Below are positions 44,882 to 55,200 of a DNA stretch of 64,000 nt, one piece after another. This stretch comes from Williopsis jadinii (taxonomy: Eukaryota): assembly GCA_024346625.1 (NCBI GenBank), contig AP024665.1:186001-250000 (forward strand), in the 5' to 3' direction. Each line of letters opens with the position of its first letter. The stretch's first letter is position 1. The notes beneath the pieces were generated by a model. The model did no database searches, was not told the DNA's origin, and worked only from the letters and a program-made list of their open reading frames with translations. The translations under genes and the position numbers were made by a program.

Positions 44882-44895
44882 TGGTGTACGGATGT
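44882..44895 (-). promoter_or_regulatory. Rap1-type site (TGGTGTACGGATGT on +) upstream of VPS1
   Basis: Exact reverse complement of the 34477..34490 motif. Confidence 0.55.
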
Positions 44896-47545
44896 GTGAA
44901 ACGGTTAACGATCTGTGCGTTCCCATAGTTACGCGGGTTTTGGGTGTTGCGCTGAGGTTCTTTGTCATTTATATGATAGCAAAAGGAATGCTGTTGCAAG
45001 GATGTATTTGGGGTTTATAGCGATTTACTGGGATTGATTGGGCATTGTGAATAAATGATTTAGTGTTCTTCACATACTGGAGATTACTGAGGCTTTTTTC
45101 GGTGGTGTTCATGGTGGTGTTCAGACGCCAATTAGTGTTATTAGAGCTCAATCACTGGATACTTTAGAAGGAATGTGCCTATTAGTGTGTGTATGATCAC
45201 GAAACGGTGTTTTGAGGCCGGAATTATTGTTCTGTACTACCTTCTTATGTGCTGGTCCCGTTGGAAATGGGTCACAAGCACTGTTCAAGTCTTGAGAAGA
45301 TTTTGAAATGATCTCGTAGACTATCATCCCAGCATGTGATTTCAAATCGTATATCAATCTTAGATATATCAATAGTGACGTACTCTTGTCCTTATATCCC
45401 GATGCCTATCTGCAGCTGGTATCTTATGGATATGTGCACTGATACCTGATCTACCTTGACATGACTTTTGAGTGACGTCCATTTACCACTTCTTATCTTG
45501 AAATTAAAACCCAGGCACATGATTTGAAGAGTTGCATTTATAATTGCTTGAGATAAGACACAGATAGGTGTATACCGTCTCTTTTTAACAATCTACAACC
45601 CGAAGCTACGGAACATGCACGTTGTCGAATTCCGTTATCGAAGATAATAAATCTTGTGAGAGGTTTTAATCTCATTAAATCAATCTTCAGGAGTCGAGTC
45701 TCAATAGATAATGAGATATGCTTGGCTTGGATCAAAGGTTGATGCAGTTGGGTGTGTTCTAACAATTGATACGAAGACAAATTCGTCGTGATTTGCGTAT
45801 CTTACAACATACAAGTCAGGACCTTGCATTCCCCCATGGAGCTATAATCTTATCCTCTTTAGGGTTCTCTGGCTCCATGGATACAAGGACATACTGTCAA
45901 AACATTCAACGTCATAAATGTGCATGATATGGGCATTGTTTTTTTGAGTAACCTAAGAAGGGTAATATTTCGCCCAAGTGGAAGATGCATCTGTCAAAAA
46001 GATAAGAAAATATGTTAGGCAACTGAGGTCCCATCAAAGAGAGCCGTAATACCTTAGCAAATATGGTATTCATCATTTTGGTGGCAGTGGCTGGGGCCAT
46101 GGTGTAAAGCGAGCCTATGTATCTATACCACACTATCGGTGTCATCCCCCCATGCCCCATGCCATGTGTTATACACTCATAGGATGCATTACATCATGAT
46201 TAAATTGAGATATGCACCAATGCAGACGTGATAGCTTTCAAACACTTGTAAGCAAAAACCAGGAACAGAACGACCCAGGCATTGTGATGGGCACTGTATT
46301 CAGGAATGAACTAGTCTGGTTGACTAAATCGTTAGCACTCGGTTCAACCATAGTATACCGTGGACAACTGATAAAGGTAGAACGTGGTTGCTTCGCTATC
46401 TATGCAGCTGGATAATTTGGGTGTTGCTCGATTCGTCGTCGATCGATGTCCGCCCGGCATTGTGTGCATATCTCCCTTATCTATTGGTACAATCCCCAGT
46501 AGCAGGTGTAGTGTTCTCTCCTTCAACCACTTCAGAATCGAAGCACGACCCGGCCACTCACCGCTGTGTTCTTCTACAAATCACCAATAAGCAAGTTTTG
46601 TTCTACAATTCAACTGGAAAATGCCCTACATAGTAATGTCCCGGTCTAGTAAAAGCTCTACGAGCAAATAAAAACTCAGAGTGTGCTTACAGTTTCCTCT
46701 TTCCGATCGAAATCTCGAGGAAATACATTTTCTCTCACAATAAAAAATGCGGTTAGAAGCACGGGGCAGGGATCTCGTCGCCGGGAGAGAAGAATTGTGG
46801 CTTGCACACGACACGAGAATTAAGCACACCTTTACGCCCACCGTATGACCCCTACCATAAATCCTGTTCGCCAATAGAAACTGATAAACCATTCTGATTG
46901 CCCATGGATATAGGAAGTTGCCAATGCAGTAGCCGTACAGAGAGACCAGGTGTGTGTATCGCCAGTATAGAAAAATTCTACTGATGTTGCCAGTCTAACT
47001 GATACGGGGAAAGAGCAGTTTAATATTTATGCCTCATGATAAGCTGATAAGGTCCGACGACGTTTCGGTGTGCGCGCAAGTGAAAAAAAATTCCACAAAC
47101 ATTGTCGATCCGCTTCGCAAAAAAGTGCGCCGTATCGTGGAGAATTCATGCGTAGATTGGGCTTCCATTCGACAACAACGTATGTTTTGATGTGTGTAGA
47201 TAGTTAATGTACCAGTTTCGCAAAATAGACGGAGAATATGTATTATCTCAAATTATAATGAGCAGATTTTGTCAAGGCAAAAAAAAAAGCTAAACCACAA
47301 AAGAAAAAAAAAACATACAATCTCTTTTCTGTTGTTGACCTTTACACTCTTCTGCCAGAAGCACTGGTGGACGTACTATTGAAACTAGTGTGGGACATAA
47401 TTAGTTTACCTTGTTGACTGGTGTGTGTAACGGGAGTCTCTATTACTTTAACATTTGTGGTTGAAGAGTGACCTCACTTATCTTGATCAGAGTTTACTGT
47501 CTCCTGTGTTTCTTTCTTGTTGACTGCCTAGACACACCAAACACG

Positions 47546-48607
47546 ATGACGGGCAGCATATCAACGGTATTGGTGAACATTGCGCTAGTTTTGATGTTTG
47601 TCATCGAGCTACAATCCATGCTAAGGTTACACAGGCATGCTAATTTGGACTCCAAGACGCTGCATTTCATATATCAGGCTTTCTTCATCGTTGTTGTGCT
47701 GTATTCGTTTGCATCTATTGACCTTTATCATTTCAAGCTAGTTGAAGCACCTCAGGAGATGCTACCGAACGTCATCAGCTCTGCTTGTCTATTACTTGTA
47801 TCCGTTGCATTCATTATTGGCGCATACACAGCAGAACCTCTAGATTCCTACACTGATTTGGAGGAACAGCTCTTGTTATCATCCCAGTATTACCACTCCA
47901 CAAATGGAGATATGGTGAGACAACAAGGTCCAAGAGTGAGTCTCGTGTCTAGTGAGGATGTGCGTATGAAGTCTCCGACGAGCACAGCGTTTACAACGAC
48001 AACACTGGATCTCAATCACGACCATATACATACCAAGGATGCGATGTCACCAATGGTTAGGGGTCTTGAACAGGACTTTAGCTTATCAACTCCTAGCATA
48101 CGAACACCACAGGGAGTCGACAACACTAGTCAGACACATCCAAAGACGTCGCCAATCTTGGCAACGTTACTAAGTGCACATACAGCAATGGCTTCCCATG
48201 TGCACACGGGAGAAGCGTGGCAGTGGCAGGACCATGAGACGATGCCCTATTGGATGACCTCTCTACCAATAATCCTATCGGTGATGTTCTTGACATCCCA
48301 GCTTCTCTATGGGTTTGCGATGCTCAAGACAAGTGTATTCACCAAATATCGTGATATTATCATCCCGAGCGTTGTGAACCTCATAGTAGGTACCGGATAT
48401 CTACTCGCAACACTTTTGGGAATACCCATCGGTGAAGATTCGCTTATAAACTTCACGCATATGGCTACGTTGAACTACGTTGTATATACGTCGATGTGTG
48501 TTCTCTCCATTGGGGTTCTAACCTTGCATTTCTATGCAAGGTTCAATAACAAATCACCAGTGGGCATACATCATGTACAGGTGTACCACTCCATAGGAAC
48601 TCCATAG
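47546..48607 (+). CDS. Uncharacterised multi-pass membrane protein (about 3+3 TM segments around an S/T-rich loop)
   Basis: 353-aa ORF from the ATG at 47546, with hydrophobic segments at both ends. No family recognised. Confidence 0.65.
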   Translation: MTGSISTVLVNIALVLMFVIELQSMLRLHRHANLDSKTLHFIYQAFFIVVVLYSFASIDLYHFKLVEAPQEMLPNVISSACLLLVSVAFIIGAYTAEPLDSYTDLEEQLLLSSQYYHSTNGDMVRQQGPRVSLVSSEDVRMKSPTSTAFTTTTLDLNHDHIHTKDAMSPMVRGLEQDFSLSTPSIRTPQGVDNTSQTHPKTSPILATLLSAHTAMASHVHTGEAWQWQDHETMPYWMTSLPIILSVMFLTSQLLYGFAMLKTSVFTKYRDIIIPSVVNLIVGTGYLLATLLGIPIGEDSLINFTHMATLNYVVYTSMCVLSIGVLTLHFYARFNNKSPVGIHHVQVYHSIGTP

Positions 48608-49460
48608 TATGTTCCCTCAAAATGACGTTCATGATGACACTTGTAACCTATCTGTAAAGCCTATAACCATACCTTCCGCTCCGCGTTGATACATCCAAAC
48701 ACCGCGTAGTACGCTTCACGTGTCCCACGGACGGGATGTGCTTCCCGGGGCCACGTATTTGTCCGTAGCGCTAAAATTTGCGCCATGTGTCGTTTTTAAG
48801 GCCGGGAAACAGAAACAAATGTCCCGAAGCGCACAGGACTTCCAAAAGGGTCTAACCGTTATTGTAAGGAGTGAATCATTGTAATGATCAACCACCACAT
48901 TTCAGTGCTGAGGAATGCTTGCTAAACATACATAACACACACGCTAATTCACCCGGCTCTCAACTTTCCAGTCCTGGTTTGTCTTGTGTCCTTTCCCACT
49001 GGGATATATTCTGTCCCACAGCGCCCACCAACCGCACCCACCAACCGCGACTGTCCTGCCTCTGTCTCGCGCGTCCTGCCTACCCCTGTAAAATTTGTAA
49101 GCGTTCGCGTGGACATAGAGAAGTTTCTACTTTCATTTCTTGTCATCATTCTCGTGGAAAAAGGGACAACCCGCACGTTTACTAAGGACAGCCAAAACAA
49201 AGGACGAAACGTCGATAGTTTCCCTGTAACTCGTTTCCACCCCTGTCTTCTTTCCAGCATAGAGCCAGTCGTCAATTGCAAACAAGCTTAGTTTAGCTTC
49301 GAAGAGCAATTAACGTTATTTCCCATCCCCCCACCCAACCCACCAACGTCTTGTTTTTTGTCTTTTCATTTCCCTCCTTGTCTGTTTTTTTGTCTTGCTT
49401 AATTCCACAAGACGAACAAAAGGGGACATAAAGTACACACACAAAAGGGGATTAACCAAG

Positions 49461-50726
49461 ATGGCCATCCATAAATCAAAGTCCAAGACGGCGCCATCTA
49501 ACGCGGAGGTCAACACTGAAGACATAGATGAAGTTGATGAACAGGGCCAAAGTATCCTGATGGGGATAATCACCCAATTGCGCCCAGGATGCGATCTTTC
49601 CCGAATCACTTTGCCAACGTTTATCCTCGAAAGGAAGTCAATGTTGGAGAGAATCACCAATCAGCTACAACAGCCTGATTTCCTATTGGAGGCACATGCC
49701 GCGGGAACTCCGCTGGAGAGATTCTTAGCAGTTGTCAAGTTCTATCTCAGTGGATGGCACATTGCTCCAAAGGCTGTGAAGAAGCCACTGAACCCTGTAT
49801 TGGGTGAATTCTTCACCTGCTATTGGGACTTGCCGAACGGCCAGCAGGCTTATTACATCTCGGAACAGACATCGCATCATCCCCCAAAGTCTTCATACTT
49901 CTACATGATTCCAGATTCCCACATTAGAATTGACGGCTCCGTGCTTCCGAGATCGAGGTTCCTGGGTAATTCTACAGCTGCGATGATGGATGGATTGACA
50001 GTGATCCAATTCTTGGACATCAAGGACTCAAACGGCAAGCCTGAGAAGTACACGCTGACACAACCAAACATGTACGCACGTGGTATCCTTTTTGGTAAGA
50101 TGCGTATAGAGATGGGTGACCATATGGTGATCAAATGCCCTTCCACTGGATACAGCATCGATATTGAGTTCAAGACAAAGGGGTTCATCTCGGGTACTTA
50201 TGATGCAATCGAGGGAACCTTGAAGGACGCTAAGAGTAAATCCCTTTATGAAATCACTGGTAAGTGGAATGACGTTATGAACATCAAGGACTTATCCACT
50301 GGTAAGAAGTCTGTGTTTTTGGATGTCAAAAAGACAAGTCCACAGCCTCCAAAGGTCCATCCAATGGAGGAACAAGGTGATTTTGAGTCGAGAAAACTAT
50401 GGATACACGTTACAGATGCTCTTGGACATAGAGACCATACCGTGGCAACAGAGGAGAAGTTCAAGATCGAAGACGCACAGAGAGAAGCCGCAAAGAAGAG
50501 AGCTGAGGAAAACGTTGAGTTCCATCCAAAGCTGTTTAGACCAAGGGAATCACAGGATGATGAACTCGAATGGTACCTGTACAAACATATTCCAAATGAC
50601 GCTCCACCAATAGAACAAGCAAAACTTATCCTGGAATCGGTGCCTATTCTTCCAGGCCAGAGGTTTACTCCAGAATTTGAGATTCCTGCTTTCGAAAAGA
50701 TGTCAATCGGATCAAAGAAGAAGTAA
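49461..50726 (+). CDS. OSH6: Oxysterol-binding protein homologue Osh6/Osh7
   Basis: QLRPGCDLSRITLPTFILERKSMLERITN, KKPLNPVLGE and EQTSHHPP. ATG at 49461. Confidence 0.93.
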   Translation: MAIHKSKSKTAPSNAEVNTEDIDEVDEQGQSILMGIITQLRPGCDLSRITLPTFILERKSMLERITNQLQQPDFLLEAHAAGTPLERFLAVVKFYLSGWHIAPKAVKKPLNPVLGEFFTCYWDLPNGQQAYYISEQTSHHPPKSSYFYMIPDSHIRIDGSVLPRSRFLGNSTAAMMDGLTVIQFLDIKDSNGKPEKYTLTQPNMYARGILFGKMRIEMGDHMVIKCPSTGYSIDIEFKTKGFISGTYDAIEGTLKDAKSKSLYEITGKWNDVMNIKDLSTGKKSVFLDVKKTSPQPPKVHPMEEQGDFESRKLWIHVTDALGHRDHTVATEEKFKIEDAQREAAKKRAEENVEFHPKLFRPRESQDDELEWYLYKHIPNDAPPIEQAKLILESVPILPGQRFTPEFEIPAFEKMSIGSKKK

Positions 50727-50827
50727 TTTTGGTTCTTGTTTTCTTTTAATTCACATTTCTTGTTAGTTTATTTGCTTTCGTCTACACTTTTTGATCACGT
50801 TGTATGCTTGAGTTAAGTATCGCTAGT

Positions 50828-52153
50828 TTACTCGTCAAGAGTGACATCTAACGGTATGTCTCGTAGATATGGATCGAATATGAACTCAGTATGCCAGTTC
50901 AGAAGTCTCTTCCAGTTGAAATACGATAACACTCGATCACGTAATACCAAATCCTTATTGAGGTCAACATCTGTGGTGAAGTATCCTCTCTTCAAAACCA
51001 TGTTGATCTGCCTCTCTTTAAACCACAAGTCCTCCATCACGGAACAATGAACAACTGCTTGTTCCATAAGGTTCCATACCAAAACGTGTTCGTTCTGCTT
51101 CTTCACTGCATATAACAATAACCGACCAAATGTATGGTAGGGAACTTCAGAAGTACACTTCGATTTCCATAACCATGCACTCATCTCTTTCAATTTCTCA
51201 CCTATACTCGGCACAAGAAGCATGACTTTGGCATATGACAATTCCAATTGAGATCTTGTAGCGTACTTATTATACTCAAAAATAGCCAACTTCAGCTCTG
51301 TCACGTTGATCTCTAACATATTGCCCATACACGACCACGCGCTTGAATCTGTTTGGTTTAACTTGCAAAAATGTTCAACGTCTTTCAAAATTTTATGGTA
51401 CTTGATGGAATCTGTTCGTACTTTCGCAATGCTTACGCAGAACTGCAGGAAAGACCAGGCGTAATAGTTGGACTTGTGAAGCTTTGCCGATGTGAAAACA
51501 GTAGACTCAAAGAAGTACACGGGGATCTTCCCTATAGATTTAGAATCTATGACAAATATCATCATCTTTTTGAATAAGTGCCAATATGAAGAGGATTTGT
51601 TAAGTTTATTCTTGTTTGAGCACAACAGTGATTGTAGTATCGCCATTTCACAGAGAATGAGCTTATCCGATTCAAACATAGGATCAATATGCGATAAAGT
51701 GGTACTGTTACAGTGTAACATTTTCCATGTGATATCATCGTGAATACTAATAACAGTGTGGTTCTCATTGGTTGTCATCATGAGACCTATGGTGGCCAGA
51801 TATATCTTTACAAGATCTTCTTCGTCTTTGAGAACTTGGCCATCTTTGAGAAACTGTTCCATGATAGTATGGGAGGTTTGGAAGATCTTGATAGAGGTGG
51901 ATTTAAACATTACAACCTCCAAGTGCCCATCGTTATACGAATGAAGGAAGTTTGTGTCATACTGTGGCATATCCTTCATCACAGTCAACGTTCTTTTCTT
52001 ACACTCACTATTGCAACATAGTTCTAGGTATTCACGCACAATGGAAAGATCGTCGCCCATTGATAAGTGTTCAAAGTTGATCAGGATATTAACTTCAGTC
52101 GATTGGCAATAAGAGCAAGGATTAAAGTCGTCGGTGCAGTAATTAATTCCCAT
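50828..52153 (-). CDS. ECM9: Ecm9-like protein (prenyltransferase alpha-repeat); start may be the ATG at 52060
   Basis: TIGLMMTTNENHT, KLNKSSSYW, SAKLHKSNYYAW and DSSAW; convergent with OSH6, as in S. cerevisiae. Confidence 0.75.
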   Translation of the reverse strand: MGINYCTDDFNPCSYCQSTEVNILINFEHLSMGDDLSIVREYLELCCNSECKKRTLTVMKDMPQYDTNFLHSYNDGHLEVVMFKSTSIKIFQTSHTIMEQFLKDGQVLKDEEDLVKIYLATIGLMMTTNENHTVISIHDDITWKMLHCNSTTLSHIDPMFESDKLILCEMAILQSLLCSNKNKLNKSSSYWHLFKKMMIFVIDSKSIGKIPVYFFESTVFTSAKLHKSNYYAWSFLQFCVSIAKVRTDSIKYHKILKDVEHFCKLNQTDSSAWSCMGNMLEINVTELKLAIFEYNKYATRSQLELSYAKVMLLVPSIGEKLKEMSAWLWKSKCTSEVPYHTFGRLLLYAVKKQNEHVLVWNLMEQAVVHCSVMEDLWFKERQINMVLKRGYFTTDVDLNKDLVLRDRVLSYFNWKRLLNWHTEFIFDPYLRDIPLDVTLDE

Positions 52154-52255
52154 GAAGAAAATGTTGGGATGTGAACAGACACATCCAACAGGGCCTACGT
52201 AAACGATTTCAACGAGTTTGCTTTAGCCATTGATTGGATAACATAAAATAGATAA

Positions 52256-55200
52256 TCACATCTGGACGAACAGAGGAACATCAATGATGTCAAAGAGGCA
52301 TACCATATATATGATTGCACGCCATATGACGAAGAAGCTATGGAAAGGAGCGGTACTTTCAAAATAGTGAGTCTCAGTTGAGTTGAAATTAGCTATCAAC
52401 TCTAATGACTCCCTCTCTTGCTTGATGATAGTGGAAGCTTCTTCTTCAAGTATGGTCTCAAGATCGGTATTATCATCTGGAAGTTCTAAATCTAAACTTG
52501 GATTCATAGTTCCAGTTTGTATTCCTGTCTCAGAAGGGACAAAAATAATAACAGCTTCCAAGACTGTTACAAAATCATCATCAGCGTCGGTGTATTCACG
52601 TGGTCTGAGACCAACTGTTGGCGTGGGCCGTCCAATACCAAGAGATGTGACCGTTTGTGTCGTTGTTTCAGTTGTTGTAGATGTCTCAGTTTTATAAACA
52701 GTCTCCCACTTTGGGTACCACTTATACCTTGTAGTCGTCTCAACTTCATCGTATTCGGTGATGGTAAGCTCTGGATACCACTTGGTCCTAACAATATCCT
52801 CGGTTTCTGTCTCCGTTGCTGTCGTGGTAGTTGTCACCTCGGCAAACTTTTTGTATTTGTAGATCGTCGTCTTATACTCTGTTGTGGTCTCTGTCCCTTC
52901 AAAAGTGGTCAAGATGGAAACAGAGGTATCCCTATACACAGTATCATATTCTGTTTCATAACAGGTTACTGTGTCCATGATGATGGAAGTGACTGTCTGA
53001 TCAGATTCTTCGTACTCTGTAACTGTGGTACTTGGTACATAAATTGTTTTTGAGATTCTGCTAGTGAGTGTTGTCGGTTCAGCAACAGTTTCTGTCAAGA
53101 CATCCTTGTAGCGAAATACAGTTCTCTTGTAGTACTCTTCGGTATATGTATCATCGTAATATGTTGTAGTCTCAGTTGATAAACTTTCGTATTCTGTTTC
53201 AGTAACAGTAGTTGGCCTCAAACGGGTTTTAATACTTGTCACCTCACTAAAGATATACGTAGTTGTTACAGGTGGCTCGATAGTTGAAACCACAGTGGCT
53301 GTCTCCACACTTGTCAATGTGCTGACAATCAAAGTAAATGTAGGTTGTAAGGTAGTCCTTATAGTTTCAGTTAGGTTGACGGTATCTACCACAGTTACCG
53401 TGTTGTTCAGAGTAATCATATCAGTGACAGTATCTGTCAAAGTCAACGAGTCATTTACTGTCATAATGTCAGTTATAGTAACAGTATCATTCATGGTTGC
53501 TGTCACGATAACTTCATCCTTCACTGTGCTAGTCGAAGTAACAGTTCCAGTATATGTTTCAGTTAAAGTCACTATATCGGCCCAGGTGACAGTTTTGGTA
53601 GGTTTACCTGGTACAATGACAGTGTGAGTCGAGGTTTCAATATCTGTTACAGTAACTGTATTCTTCAACGTTTGTGTATCCGTCATACCGTGATGTTTTG
53701 TTTCAAGAGGTGCTGTTGTGATCAAAGATGATTCAAGTGTTTTTGATTTGGTTGGTGATGGATACGGTATTTCGATCTCAGTAGTTGGCTCCAACGTTGT
53801 TTCTGAGTTGGTGTCGGTTAAATGCGACAATGTAATGTACTCAGTTGTAGTGGTCAGCATACACTCAGTTGATCCAGGGATATGGTCAATAAAGCTTGTC
53901 AAAGTTGTACGAATCACCTTATATGTCTTTTGATCAGTACCCATTGTCGTGTGTGGCACCAAAGTAGGTATGGTTGTGGAATGTGCCTCATCTCTTTTAT
54001 ACACAACATTTCTTGGATATTCATTCAATGAATGAGCATAGCTTCTGGAGCGCTTGGATAATAGTAAGTTCATTTTTGAGATGCCTAAGTCACTCTGGGC
54101 ATTGAACTGTGACTTCTTTTTCGTAGTTCTATGACGGCGACCAGATCTGTCCTTTGATTTACCCCAATATGGAATTTCCTTCTCAACTTTCTTCAGTTTT
54201 GTTCTCTTCTTATCTCTGCGACGGCTCTTCAATTCAGACCCATTTCCAGAACCTATATTATCATGGGATTTCTTCGAGTCTTTCTTTCTATCAAAGACTG
54301 AAAATCTTTCTTTCTTGTTCTGTTTTGGTGTGAAAGCACCTGCAATGAGATATTTCCTTCCCTCACTGGAAGCTTTATGGAGTCTTTCGGCATTCTTTGT
54401 AAATTTTGCTGAAAGGTCATTATCAGACTGTTTTGACACATCCCTTTTGTAAATCTGTTTATGTGAAGATAACGATCGAAGATAAGAATGCTGCCTATTC
54501 TCCAAAGATTCAAGTTGAATGTTCTTTGGATGATTAACATCGATGGGGATATTATCCTGAGAAGAAAAGGGTTCAAACCCAGCAAAAAGGTCAATCTCAA
54601 CATCCTCATGATCCGGATCATCTCGCTGAATAGGCAAGATAGAAGATTGTTCATCTTCAGCATTATCTCGAGCAAACAAATATTTGATATCCGGCTTGGT
54701 CTTGCATATACTTCTGACATACTTTTTATATCTTAATTTTTCCTTGATATCATAGCAGAGAGGATCATAGCAGAATGTGCTGAAATATCGTCCAAAACAA
54801 CATGCACACCGACACTCATCATATGAATTATCATTTTGACAGGCAGGACAATACTTTGGCTCATTAGATATTTTCTCAATCATTTCTTGAATGCAATTTT
54901 TGACTTCATCTCTATCACAAGTCCGAGTATTATATTCCGGATAAAACTGCTCAAACCAACATTGAGACTCCATGACTCTTCCTTTGACATCATCACCATT
55001 ATCTGGCCATTTCACTTGTGCATCCATATGTGGTTCAATATTGTACTGGTTCGACAATTCAATCTCAGTCTGTGGTTTCACATGTTCTTCAGAGGAAGAT
55101 GTATTTTGAATCATTAAGCCAGCATCAGGAAAAGGTAAAGTGCTATGGCTGTCAGAGTACTTGTAGCAAAGAATATTTGCAGTTTTCTTGAGCATCCTAA

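Noticed and set aside
47180..47360. GTATGT donor suggesting a 5'-UTR intron in the orphan membrane gene
   Set aside because: No convincing CTRAC branch site before a candidate acceptor.
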